Shown here: positions 55,423 through 64,000 of the stretch, piece after piece
Numbering within the stretch: the stretch's first letter is position 1
How the letters are laid out: each line of letters begins with the position of its first letter
Source: Candidatus Uhrbacteria bacterium
GTDB taxonomy: Bacteria > Patescibacteriota > Patescibacteriia > UBA9934 > GWF2-40-263
Assembly: GCA_037131775.1 (NCBI GenBank)
Contig: JBAXQK010000003.1
Span: forward strand, 76,439-140,438
DNA length: 64,000 bases
Direction: 5' to 3'
Translations under genes and position numbers: made by a program
The notes under the pieces: model-generated
The model's database searches: none
Seen by the model: only the letters and a program-made list of their open reading frames with translations
What the model was told of the DNA's origin: nothing

Positions 55423-58400
55423 TTAGTCCGCGACGACGTTCTGCCTCCCCACGATCCCCGCGATCTCGTCGATCACCTGGCTCGTGGCGAGGATCGAGTA
55501 CTCGGTTTCGATCTTCCTGGTCTGTCCGCCCGACTCCACGAGCAGGCACACGCGGCGCGGGCCGGGGTTGGCACGGAGAATTCCGCGGAGGCGCTCGACC
55601 ATGTCGTGGTCGGGCCGTCCGCGGAGCGCGATGGAGACGGACGGTTGTTCCGCGGCCTTCGCCTTCGGATCCTCGGTCTTCTGAAACTTCGACCGCTGCT
55701 CCTCGTCGATCCACCCGCCCGACTTCAAAAGCTCGCCAAGCCCCGCGGCCTCGCTGTCCGAGACGAGCACGAGGCTGTTCGCGATGAGCGCGACCTCTTC
55801 CCCGCCCGGGCCGTCGACGTCGTCGTCGCGGCTCGACTCGCTCTTGCGCCGCGACACCTTCGCGGACACGACCATGATCGTGTCGGGCAGCAGCGATTCC
55901 TTGAACTGGGCGAACGTACGCGGGAACACCAGCAGTTCCGTCTTCCCCGTGAGGTCCTCGAATCCGACGAACGCCATCGCATCGCCCTTCTTCGTGACGA
56001 TCTCCTTCACCGTCGTGATGATCCCTCCCACGCGCACGAACTCGGCGTCCGGCTTCGTGATCGCGACCGCGACCGACAGGACGGTATCGCCGAGCTGCTT
56101 CGCCACGTCCTCGTACGGGTGCGCCGACACGAATAGGCCGAGCAGCTCCTTCTCCCACTGCAGCACGTCGCGCTTGGCCGCCGGCGGAACGACCCGAAGG
56201 GTAATCCCCGCGGTGGCGACGGACGGTGCCGCGTCGAACAGGCTCCCCTGGTTCGTCGTCAGCTGCCTCTGCGCGTCCTTGTTGAACAGCAAGATCCGGT
56301 CCATGTTCTCGAGCAGCTGGTTGCGGTCGCCGAACCGGTCGAGCGCGCCGGTTTTCACAAGCGCCTCGATGGACTTCTTATTGAACGCGCGATGGTGCAC
56401 GCGCCGCGCGAAGTCGGCGAGGTCGAGGAACGGCCCCTTCGCCTCGCGCTCGGCGATGATCGACTCGATTACCTCTTCCCCGAGGTTCTTGATGGCGATC
56501 AGCCCGAAGCGGATCGTCTTGTCATTGATGTACGTAAACGTCAGCCGCGACTCGTTGATGTCCGGCGACAGCACGTCGATTCCCATGCGCCGGCACTCCG
56601 TGACGGCCTCGGCGACCTTCTCGATGTCCGACGACTCCGCGGTCATGATCGACGTCATGTACTCCGCCGGATAGTTCGCCTTCATGTAGGCGGTGTCGTA
56701 CGCGATCATCCCATAGCTCGCGGCATGCGCCTTGTTGAACCCATAAGCCGCGAACGGCTCGATGAGCTTCCAGATGTCCTGCGCCTTCGTCATGGTCAGC
56801 CCGTGCTCGACGAAGCCGCTCAGGAGCTTTTCCTTCTGCTTCTGCATCTCCTCCGGGATCTTCTTTCCCATCGCCTTGCGCAGCTTGTCCGCGTCGAGCC
56901 AGGAGTAGCCGGCCAGGTGGATGGCGATGAGCATCACGTCGTCCTGGTACACGATGACGCCGTACGACTGGTCGAGGATATCCTTCATCCGTGGGTCCAT
57001 GAACTTCACGAGGCTCGGGTTGTGCTTGCGGCGGATGTACTCCGGGATCGACTCGATCGGGCCCGGGCGGTAGAGCGCGACCATGGCCATGATGTCCTCG
57101 ACGCGCTCGGGGCGCAGGTCCATCAGGTACTTGGTCATCCCGTCGCCGTTCAGCTGGAACGTTCCCATCGTCTTTCCGGCCGCGAGCAGCTCGAAGGTCT
57201 TCTTGTCGTCTACCGGGATCTTCTCGAGGATGATGTCCGCGTTCTTCGTCTGCTTCACGAGCTTGATCGCGTCTCCCAGGATCGACAGGTTGCGGATCCC
57301 GAGGAAATCCATCTTCACGAGACCGGCCGACTCGACGGCGTGCATCTCGTACTGCGTGATGGTCTTTCCCTCCCGGGTATCGATCTGCAGCGGGGTGAAG
57401 TCGGTGAGCGCGGTGGGCGAGATGACCACGCCGGCGGCATGGATCGAAACGTGGCGCGCGCACCCCTCGACCTGGCGGGCGAGGTCGATAAGACGGTGAA
57501 CCTCGGCGTTCACGTCATACAGCTTCTTCAGCTCCGGCGCCTCCTGGAGCGCGATCTCGAGCGTCATCGGGAACCCCTGGCTCCCCATCGGAACCGACTT
57601 CGAGATCTTGTCCACGAACTGGTAGTCGTACCCGAGCACGCGGCCCACGTCGCGCACGGACCCGCGCGCGGCCATCGTCCCGAACGTGCAGATCTGCGCC
57701 ACCTTGTCCGCGCCGTACTTCTCCGTGACGTACGCCATCATCTCGTCGCGGCGGTTGTCCGCGAAGTCGGCGTCCACGTCCGGCGCGCTCGGTCGCTCCG
57801 GGTTGAGAAAGCGCTCGAACGGCAATTTGTAAACGAGCGGGTTCACCGTCGAAATTCCAATCGAAAAACCAACGAGCGACCCTGCGGCCGATCCACGGGT
57901 CGTCGTGACGATTCCATTGCGCCGCGCCCACTCGATATAGTCCGAGACAATCAGAAAGTACGGGCAGAATCCTTTCTGCTCGATAATCGCCAGCTCGTAG
58001 TCGAGGCGCTTCGTCATCACCTCGGTGAGCGTCCCGCCGACCTTCTCGGGAAGCTCGGCGTAGGCGCGGGCCGTGAGCACGTCGAGGAACGTCTTTCCTT
58101 CCGGAATCTTGAAGTCCGGGAAGTTCCACTTGCCCAGCTCGAGCTCGACCGTGCAGCGGTCCGCGATCTTCCGCGTGTTCTCAATCGCCTCGGGAACGTC
58201 CTTGAACCGCTCGATCATGTACTCGCCCGACACGAGCGACGCGTCGAAGTCGTACTGCTGCTGGCGCTCGTACGCCTCGAGCGTGCGCTGGCCCTTGATA
58301 CAGTTGAGGACCTTCCACGCCTCGACGTCGCCCGGCTTGAGATAGAACGCGTTCTTCGTCGCGACGACCGGGACGCCCATCTCCTTCCCGAGCTCGATCA

Positions 58401-58974
58401 GCGTCGCGTTGATCGCCTCCTGCTCGGCGATCTCCGGGCGGTCGACGAGCTCGAGGAAGAAGTTCCCGTCGCCGAAGATCTCGACGTACTCGCGAATCAG
58501 CGTCTTGGCGCGTTCGCGGTCGTGCGAGTTGATCGCGCTCTCTATCTCCCCGGCGTGCCCTCCCGACAGCGCGATGATCCCCTTCCCGAGCGAGCGCAAA
58601 ACCTCCTTGTCGACGCGCGGCTTGTAGTAGAACCCCTCAAGAAACCCGATCGACGCGATCTTTATGAGATTTTGGTACCCCTCCCGCGTCTCCGCGAGCA
58701 GCACGATCCGATAATTCTTCGTGTCGATCTTCGCCCGCTTCTCGTTGCGCCCCTCGATCCCGAGGTACGCGTCCATCCCGAAGATCGGCTTCACCCCGGC
58801 ATCCTTCGCCTTCTGGTAAAACTCAATCATCCCGTACATCGACCCGTTGTCCGTGATCGCCACCGCGTCCATCCCGTGCTTCAGCACGTGCTTCAAAATC
58901 TCCTTGGGCTTTGGCAAAGCCTCAAGAAGCGAATAGTGGCTGTGGACATGCAGGTGGACGAAGGGACTGGGCAT
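55423..58974 (-). CDS. dnaE: DNA polymerase III alpha subunit
   Basis: PHP domain HLHVHSHYSLLEA...; 1183 aa. Confidence 0.95.
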   Translation of the reverse strand: MPSPFVHLHVHSHYSLLEALPKPKEILKHVLKHGMDAVAITDNGSMYGMIEFYQKAKDAGVKPIFGMDAYLGIEGRNEKRAKIDTKNYRIVLLAETREGYQNLIKIASIGFLEGFYYKPRVDKEVLRSLGKGIIALSGGHAGEIESAINSHDRERAKTLIREYVEIFGDGNFFLELVDRPEIAEQEAINATLIELGKEMGVPVVATKNAFYLKPGDVEAWKVLNCIKGQRTLEAYERQQQYDFDASLVSGEYMIERFKDVPEAIENTRKIADRCTVELELGKWNFPDFKIPEGKTFLDVLTARAYAELPEKVGGTLTEVMTKRLDYELAIIEQKGFCPYFLIVSDYIEWARRNGIVTTTRGSAAGSLVGFSIGISTVNPLVYKLPFERFLNPERPSAPDVDADFADNRRDEMMAYVTEKYGADKVAQICTFGTMAARGSVRDVGRVLGYDYQFVDKISKSVPMGSQGFPMTLEIALQEAPELKKLYDVNAEVHRLIDLARQVEGCARHVSIHAAGVVISPTALTDFTPLQIDTREGKTITQYEMHAVESAGLVKMDFLGIRNLSILGDAIKLVKQTKNADIILEKIPVDDKKTFELLAAGKTMGTFQLNGDGMTKYLMDLRPERVEDIMAMVALYRPGPIESIPEYIRRKHNPSLVKFMDPRMKDILDQSYGVIVYQDDVMLIAIHLAGYSWLDADKLRKAMGKKIPEEMQKQKEKLLSGFVEHGLTMTKAQDIWKLIEPFAAYGFNKAHAASYGMIAYDTAYMKANYPAEYMTSIMTAESSDIEKVAEAVTECRRMGIDVLSPDINESRLTFTYINDKTIRFGLIAIKNLGEEVIESIIAEREAKGPFLDLADFARRVHHRAFNKKSIEALVKTGALDRFGDRNQLLENMDRILLFNKDAQRQLTTNQGSLFDAAPSVATAGITLRVVPPAAKRDVLQWEKELLGLFVSAHPYEDVAKQLGDTVLSVAVAITKPDAEFVRVGGIITTVKEIVTKKGDAMAFVGFEDLTGKTELLVFPRTFAQFKESLLPDTIMVVSAKVSRRKSESSRDDDVDGPGGEEVALIANSLVLVSDSEAAGLGELLKSGGWIDEEQRSKFQKTEDPKAKAAEQPSVSIALRGRPDHDMVERLRGILRANPGPRRVCLLVESGGQTRKIETEYSILATSQVIDEIAGIVGRQNVVAD

Positions 58975-58990
58975 ACTTCCGACAACTTAC

Positions 58991-59009
58991 CATAGTACGC
59001 TATACTATG
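58991..59009. promoter_or_regulatory. palindromic divergent -10 region between dnaE and 59015 ORF (CATAGTA-N5-TACTATG)
   Basis: Presents TACTAT on both strands. Only 40 nt separate the divergent ATGs. Confidence 0.45.
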
Positions 59010-59014
59010 CCCAT

Positions 59015-59206
59015 ATGGTCAAAACCCCACAGGAAATTGTCGCGGAAACCGTTGGAATCACGAAGGAATTCGAGCGAAAGCTGGCCGAGCTTGAGGCGCG
59101 GAGGAAGGAAATCGTCGCGTCGGCCATTCGGAGCGCGGAACAAGCGAAGATGTCGGCAGTTCGGCAATTCATTCACAGGCTGTTCGGCAATACAAAAACC
59201 GTATGA
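59015..59206 (+). CDS. small hypothetical protein (63 aa)
   Basis: Leaderless-type: TATACT 59001-59006 then ATG. ATGA overlap with the next ORF. Confidence 0.4.
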   Translation: MVKTPQEIVAETVGITKEFERKLAELEARRKEIVASAIRSAEQAKMSAVRQFIHRLFGNTKTV

Positions 59207-59694
59207 GCGCACAAAGCAACAACATAACGAACGCCCTTGAAAAACCGCCGTCGGAACCGGTGCCGGAAGGCGCGGCTCCGGAGAATCCCAAGGATCTCAA
59301 GGAGGGCGAGTCGGCCGGTAAGGCCGAGCAGGCGACCATTGACGATCCGAAGTCCCCTGACGATCTGGAGACGTACTTCAACCGCGTCGCCACCGAAAAA
59401 GGGGAGGCCGTCGCGGCGCAAAAGGTGCTCGAGCAAGCCATAAAGATGGCCGAGGTGAAGGGCGATCGCGCCATGCATCTTCTCCAAAACTCCGGGGAAA
59501 CGATCAACGGAGCGCTCAGCCGCATCGGATACGAGCTTTCTGCCGGCGCCGATGCCCGAGCATCCTTCAAGCAAATTCAAGAACAGATGGATCTTTTGCG
59601 CGCCGAGGCTCGCGAACGACTTAACGCGCTTGCCGTCGAAGCCGCCAACAATAACGACGCGTTTGCCAAGGAGGACCAGGCCAAAGCCGCATAA
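59203..59694 (+). CDS. hypothetical protein (163 aa)
   Basis: Co-oriented, overlaps the previous ORF by 4 nt. Confidence 0.45.
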   Translation: MSAQSNNITNALEKPPSEPVPEGAAPENPKDLKEGESAGKAEQATIDDPKSPDDLETYFNRVATEKGEAVAAQKVLEQAIKMAEVKGDRAMHLLQNSGETINGALSRIGYELSAGADARASFKQIQEQMDLLRAEARERLNALAVEAANNNDAFAKEDQAKAA

Positions 59695-59705
59695 TTCCCC
59701 TCCTT

Positions 59706-60644
59706 ATGCCCACAGATCCCCGCATCGCAGAACTCCCCGGATTCGTCCTCCTTCGGGACAAGCTTCCCCGCCTCCACGACGAGATCGACCGCCTTGTGGC
59801 GTCGAGCGTGTTCGGCGTGCGCCCAAGCGGCCCGGCGCTCGACCAGATGGCCGGGTTCATCGAGTTGGCCGAGCTTGGCGCGTTCGTCCAGGCGGTCGAC
59901 CTATTCTATGAGAAGCACCCGTGGCCGAGGACGACGGTCATTTCCCTGCTGCAGAATCCCCGGCTGTCGCGCAAGGAGCTGCTTGATGGCGACCGATATT
60001 CGATGGTCTACCGCAACGCCGTGCAGCAGCTCGACGAGATCCTGCAGTACAAGCACCTGTGGGCGGCGCACGGGTCCGCCTCCGACCTGATGGCGACCAT
60101 CGTAAGCCAGCCCGCGTTTTCGCGGCTCGACGGGTCAACCGTCCACGGCCTCGTCTTCGCCCTCAAGAACCAGGCCGACCAGGAGTCGCTCGCCGAGGCC
60201 GAGTTCGCCCTCCTGCTTGCCATCGACTGGACCCGCAACGCCTCCCCGGCCATCACGCTCGCCGACCTGGTCGCCCAACGCATGGTCGAGCCGGCCGTCG
60301 CGGTCGCGCTTCTCCAAAAGATCGTCGAGACGACCCGCTACCCGTTTTTTCAAATAGACCTTCTTGCCCACGTCCTCGAGTCCGTCCCGGAAAACACGTT
60401 CCGCGGCTACCTCCTCGGCCCGAAGACGTCGAACGTCCCGTCGCCGTCGCTCGACAAGCTGCTCCTCCATCTCGCCCAAACCAACCCGCACGCCTTCGCG
60501 AACCTGTTCCTGCGACACCGCTCGACGTTCAAAAAGAAATTCCAGCCGACCGGCATGTTCTCGAGCGAGAAGGAGATCTATCGAATCTGCTGGGGAAAGA
60601 TCGGGCTCTGGGACAAGATCATGGCGACGTTTTTTCCCGGGTAA
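59706..60644 (+). CDS. hypothetical protein (312 aa)
   Basis: GC3-rich. Confidence 0.5.
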   Translation: MPTDPRIAELPGFVLLRDKLPRLHDEIDRLVASSVFGVRPSGPALDQMAGFIELAELGAFVQAVDLFYEKHPWPRTTVISLLQNPRLSRKELLDGDRYSMVYRNAVQQLDEILQYKHLWAAHGSASDLMATIVSQPAFSRLDGSTVHGLVFALKNQADQESLAEAEFALLLAIDWTRNASPAITLADLVAQRMVEPAVAVALLQKIVETTRYPFFQIDLLAHVLESVPENTFRGYLLGPKTSNVPSPSLDKLLLHLAQTNPHAFANLFLRHRSTFKKKFQPTGMFSSEKEIYRICWGKIGLWDKIMATFFPG

Positions 60645-60668
60645 AAAAATACCGCGTGCGTTACGCGG
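60641..60668 (-). terminator. terminator overlapping the stop of the alpha/beta hydrolase gene
   Basis: Minus RNA CCGCGU aacgc ACGCGG, then UAUUUUUUUACCC. Confidence 0.65.
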
Positions 60669-61392
60669 CGAGGAAGCCGGCGATTCGGGAGAGGGTCTCC
60701 TCGAATCGCCTGGGGTCGTGATGGCGGATAAACGCGTGGCCGCCGGTGACGAAGACGAACTTGGGGTGCTCGCCCTTGTACGTGGCGCCGAGGACGATGG
60801 CGTCGCTCGCGGGGACGACGGCCATGAGCGGAATGGTCAGGGCCGGATAAGTCTTGCGGAACACCGGGAGGAACACCTGGGCGATCTTCATCCACATCGG
60901 TTCGATCCGCATGTGAGAAAGCATCGTCTCGGCTTCCCTCTCGGTTTTTTGTTCGCTCGAGAACATCAGCCGGTGGCAGTCGCCGACGGATCGGAGAAAC
61001 ACCTTGCCGGTAAGAAGCGACAGCGCGAACGAGTAGAACGCAATGAGCGCGATGTTCGCGAACGGCTTGAGACCGATGCCGTGGCGCTCGAGGCCGCTTA
61101 CGAAGACGGCCCTCGCGAAACGATCTTTGTCGCGCGCCACGACCGCCCGCAGAACCTGGCTGCCCATGGAGTAGCACAGGGCAAGGCTTCCGGGCGGGAC
61201 GTTGGCGCGCTTGAGCTGGAGACAGGCGTTGCGGGCAATCTCGTCGATCGAGTTCCCTTCGTAGACGAGCGGCACCACGTGGTAGCCAGAGAACAGCGGC
61301 TGGAACTTTTCGAACCACCAGCGGACATCCTCCGCGGAATGGTTGCCCCACGCGCCGGGAAACAGGACGAGAAACTTGATGGCTGGCTTCAT
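60661..61392 (-). CDS. alpha/beta hydrolase fold protein
   Basis: Nucleophile elbow ALCYSMGSQ. ATG 61390-61392 (MKPAIKFLVLFPGAWGN). Confidence 0.6.
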   Translation of the reverse strand: MKPAIKFLVLFPGAWGNHSAEDVRWWFEKFQPLFSGYHVVPLVYEGNSIDEIARNACLQLKRANVPPGSLALCYSMGSQVLRAVVARDKDRFARAVFVSGLERHGIGLKPFANIALIAFYSFALSLLTGKVFLRSVGDCHRLMFSSEQKTEREAETMLSHMRIEPMWMKIAQVFLPVFRKTYPALTIPLMAVVPASDAIVLGATYKGEHPKFVFVTGGHAFIRHHDPRRFEETLSRIAGFLAA

Positions 61393-61479
61393 GAGATCTC
61401 CGTGAGATGATTTGGTTCGCCGAGCAAAAACCGACTCGGTCGAGTCGGCTATGCTGCCATATTTTGGCCCGTCTGTCAA

Positions 61480-61758
61480 TTAGTCCTTCCGGTCGCGACG
61501 CTTGTCCATCGCGTACTCGATCACCTTCTTCGCGCCCTCCATGAGGATGGTCGCCGGGGCGGTCATGGAGTCGAGGCGGTTGCGCATGCCGGTGATGGCG
61601 TGTTCGATCATGCCGATCTTTTCGCGCGCCTCGTCCACGGCCGTGTTCACGTTGCGCAGAATCTGCGCCGCCTGCCAGATGAACCAGAACAGCGCGGCAG
61701 TGAGCCAAAGGACGCAGAACGAGAGAACGAGGGATAGGATTTCGCTTGGTGAGAACAT
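61480..61758 (-). CDS. small membrane protein with coiled-coil (DUF948-like)
   Basis: N-terminal TM ILSLVLSFCVLWLTAALFWFIW. High GC3. Confidence 0.5.
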   Translation of the reverse strand: MFSPSEILSLVLSFCVLWLTAALFWFIWQAAQILRNVNTAVDEAREKIGMIEHAITGMRNRLDSMTAPATILMEGAKKVIEYAMDKRRDRKD

Positions 61759-61771
61759 AGGGGTTGGGTGG

Positions 61772-63187
61772 TTATCGATTCGGGACGGATCCGCCGCCCG
61801 TGGTCGTGGAGGTCGTGCCGCCGCCGGTCGTGACGGATCCGCCGCCCGTGGTCGTCGTGACCGACGATCCGGAGCATGGGTTCGTCAGTATCGTGTCGGC
61901 GGTCGACAAATTATTGTCCTCGTTCGTCTCGACGATCTTGTTCAGCGGGTCGACGGTGGCAACGTCCGTGACGACCTTCGTGGTGTCGCAGACCAGCCCG
62001 GTCGTGCCCGTGGTCAGTTTGACGGTGATGGTCGCCGTCTTCCCCGCGCCGATCATCCCGCCCTTGCAGACGACCGTCTTCGTCGCCGACGCGCAAACGA
62101 ACCCCTTGTCGCCCGTCGCGGAGGCATAGGCGAACGGATCCGTGTAGACGTCGGTCAGTCCGACGCTGGCCGCGTCGACCGTTCCGACGTTGCTCACCAG
62201 GATCGTGTAGGAAGCCAGGTCGCCCTGCTTGACGGAAGAGACGCTGCCGGACTTCGTGACGGTCAGGTCGGTCCCGGCCGTCGTTCCCGCCGCGCCGGAC
62301 GAGGAGAGGGACGTTTCCACGCAGTTGTCCGTCTCATCCGACTCCGTGACCGCCTCAAGCGCGTCCACGCACAGCTTCACGGTCTTCGCGGTCTTCGTGT
62401 CGACCGTCTTGGTCGAGATGGGCGACGTCCCTCCGGCCTTCAGGAAATTCTGGTCCGCGAGGGTCGGGGAGGAGTACGTCATGCTCTTCACGCCGTCGAC
62501 GTAGAGGTAGACGCCCACGGGAACGGTCACGTCCGCGGTTCCCGTATTGTTCAGCGTCGCGGTCACGAGGCCGTTCGAGGAGGCAACGGCGAGATTGGTG
62601 ACCGTCAGGTTCGGAAGCGCGGTGACGACGGGACAAATGCCCGGGACCGCGATCGAAAGCTTCGCGGCATTGTCCGTCTCGTCCTGCTCCGCGATGACGT
62701 TCTTCGGGTCGATCGTCAGCAGGGACATGGCGGATCCGCTCGTTCCGCACGCGTTCGCGTTCTGGAGGAGCTTCATCGTGATCGAGATGGACGCGGTCTC
62801 GCCCGCCTTGAGGGCGCCCCCCGAGCAGGAAATGTCCGACGCGCCCGTCGCGACGGAACAGGAAAAGCCTCCGGGGGTTCCGGTCGTCTTCGCGGACACG
62901 AACGACAGGGTGTCCGCCGCGAAGTGCTGGAGGGCCGTGATCTCGCTCGTCTTCACCGTCCCCGTGTTCGCGATCGTCATGACGTACGTCAGAAAGTCGC
63001 CGTTGGCCTGTATGGACTGCTTGTCCGCCTTGATCGAGGCGCGCAGGTTCGGGGTCCCGACCTGCGCGATGCCCGGAAGCAGACCCGCGGCCATGCCGAG
63101 CAGCCCGAGGCCGGCCGCGGCCACCACGACCGCAACGACGACCGAGGAGGTTGCCACCTTCGTTCCCGTCTGAGATGCCGTATTCAT
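61772..63187 (-). CDS. secreted repeat protein with three CARDB/DUF11-like domains and Gly/Thr-rich C-terminus
   Basis: Signal/TM at the N-terminus. Recurring E-x-DE-TDN motifs (EQDETDN, ESDETDN, ETNEDNN). Tail TTTGGGSVTTGGGTTSTTTGGGS. Confidence 0.6.
   Translation of the reverse strand: MNTASQTGTKVATSSVVVAVVVAAAGLGLLGMAAGLLPGIAQVGTPNLRASIKADKQSIQANGDFLTYVMTIANTGTVKTSEITALQHFAADTLSFVSAKTTGTPGGFSCSVATGASDISCSGGALKAGETASISITMKLLQNANACGTSGSAMSLLTIDPKNVIAEQDETDNAAKLSIAVPGICPVVTALPNLTVTNLAVASSNGLVTATLNNTGTADVTVPVGVYLYVDGVKSMTYSSPTLADQNFLKAGGTSPISTKTVDTKTAKTVKLCVDALEAVTESDETDNCVETSLSSSGAAGTTAGTDLTVTKSGSVSSVKQGDLASYTILVSNVGTVDAASVGLTDVYTDPFAYASATGDKGFVCASATKTVVCKGGMIGAGKTATITVKLTTGTTGLVCDTTKVVTDVATVDPLNKIVETNEDNNLSTADTILTNPCSGSSVTTTTGGGSVTTGGGTTSTTTGGGSVPNR
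61787..61861. repeat. about 52-nt tandem duplication in coding DNA (Gly/Thr-rich tail of CARDB protein)
   Basis: acggatccgccgcccgtggtcgt occurs at about 61787 and about 61839. Confidence 0.6.
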
Positions 63188-63199
63188 AGGATCTTGAAA

Positions 63200-64000
63200 T
63201 TATTCCTCCGTTCCCGCGGGAGCTCCCGCCCGACCCGATTTCCATTCCTCGACGACGGCCGCGATTTCCCGCTCCGTAACCTGCGGCGCGCCGTCCTTCA
63301 TGCTGATTCCGCTTCCCTCCATCAGGTCCTTCACGTGCGACTCAAGCGCCCGCTCGGCCTTCTCGATGCCGATGTCCGAAGGAAATTCCTTCTTCAACGT
63401 CGCCAGGTGGACGAGCTCCTCCTTGAGCGCCACCGCCTCCGTCTCGGATCTCCGCCTCGACGCCTCGTTCAGCACTCCGAGCGCAACCTTGTGCCCGAGC
63501 GCCGCCTCGATGGAGACGGTCGCGGCGGCCTCGTCGATGAGGTCGATCGCCTTGTCGGGAAGGAAGCGACCGACGATGTGCTTGATGGAAAGGTCCACGG
63601 CCGCCGCGAGCGACGCGTCCGTGATCTGCACGTGGTGGTGCTTCTCGTAGACGGGACGCACCGCGCGGAGAATCTCGAGCACCGCCTCGCGCGATGGCTC
63701 CCCCACCACGACCGGCTGGAACCGGCGGTTCAGCGCGTCGTCGGGCTCGATCAGTGATTTGTACTCGCGGAAGGTCGTCGCCCCGATGGCGGCCAGCTCC
63801 CCGCGAGAGAGCGCCGGCTTCAGAATGTCGGAAACGTTCATGGCCCCCTCGGCCCCGCCCGCCTGCTCGAGCATGTGTACCTCGTCGATGAACAGGATCA
63901 CCGTGCGGTTCGCCGCCTGCAGCTCATCGGTGAGGTGCTTCATGCGCTGCTCGAACTCGCCGCGATACTTCGTGCCGGAGATCATGCCCGGAAGGTCGAG
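63200..64000 (-). CDS. Clp/Hsp100-family AAA+ ATPase (D1-type), N-terminus beyond window end
   Basis: ...SGTKYRGEFEQRMKHL...ILFIDEVHML...AIDLIDEAAA...QVTEREIAAVVEEW, then stop. No D2 domain follows. Confidence 0.7.
   Translation of the reverse strand, partial: LDLPGMISGTKYRGEFEQRMKHLTDELQAANRTVILFIDEVHMLEQAGGAEGAMNVSDILKPALSRGELAAIGATTFREYKSLIEPDDALNRRFQPVVVGEPSREAVLEILRAVRPVYEKHHHVQITDASLAAAVDLSIKHIVGRFLPDKAIDLIDEAAATVSIEAALGHKVALGVLNEASRRRSETEAVALKEELVHLATLKKEFPSDIGIEKAERALESHVKDLMEGSGISMKDGAPQVTEREIAAVVEEWKSGRAGAPAGTEE

Noticed and set aside
1-64000. Genome-wide stop-codon reassignment (UGA as sense, codes 4/25) as explanation for the in-frame TGA in the subtilase
   Set aside because: TGA terminates gpmI at the conserved C-terminus and other confident genes end normally with full-length products. 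High GC also argues against code 25 lineages.
1-64000. tRNA, rRNA or CRISPR arrays
   Set aside because: No T-arm (GGTTCGAnTCC) or acceptor/CCA-like signatures in any intergenic region; no spaced direct repeats of 25-40 nt. The short tandem repeats found have 7-8-nt units and form hairpins, not CRISPR.

Overview
The window is a high-GC (about 65%) bacterial chromosomal segment that uses the standard genetic code, with TGA acting as a normal stop at gpmI and elsewhere. It is housekeeping-dense. A lower-glycolysis cluster on the minus strand carries gpmI, eno, pgk and gap, with an NDH-2 gene and several unknown genes interleaved. Translation and ribosome genes present are tsf-rpsB, rpmE-prfA, an inserted region, then prmC, rplY, secE-nusG-rplK-(small membrane ORF)-rplA, gatB, thrS, miaA-miaB and queA. 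Replication and division genes are gyrB, dnaE and ftsW. A thymidylate/dNTP module runs dcd ... dCMP-deaminase, DHFR-like, thyA, dut, tmk-like. Many lineage-specific hypothetical proteins are also present. No tRNA, rRNA or CRISPR genes were seen. Promoters are clearly sigma70-like (TTGACA-17-TATAAT), often extended -10 (TGnTATAAT). Several mRNAs look leaderless. Rho-independent terminators are frequent and unusually clean. Main things worth a second look: (1) a 45-48-nt palindromic repeat element in three copies with a compensatory stem substitution, one copy inside a subtilase coding region, one overlapping the nth start codon; (2) an S8 subtilase interrupted by a single in-frame TGA; (3) a roughly 530-nt ORF-free, promoter- and terminator-bracketed candidate ncRNA locus splitting prfA from prmC; (4) a family of intergenic hairpins built from inverted arrays of tandem 7-8-nt repeats at four loci, including both flanks of rplK; (5) compact terminator/promoter modules and a duplicated terminator cassette; (6) a cluster of unknown small proteins around an atypical kinase-like protein next to dnaE. 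All coordinates are hand-derived and may be off by a few nt.
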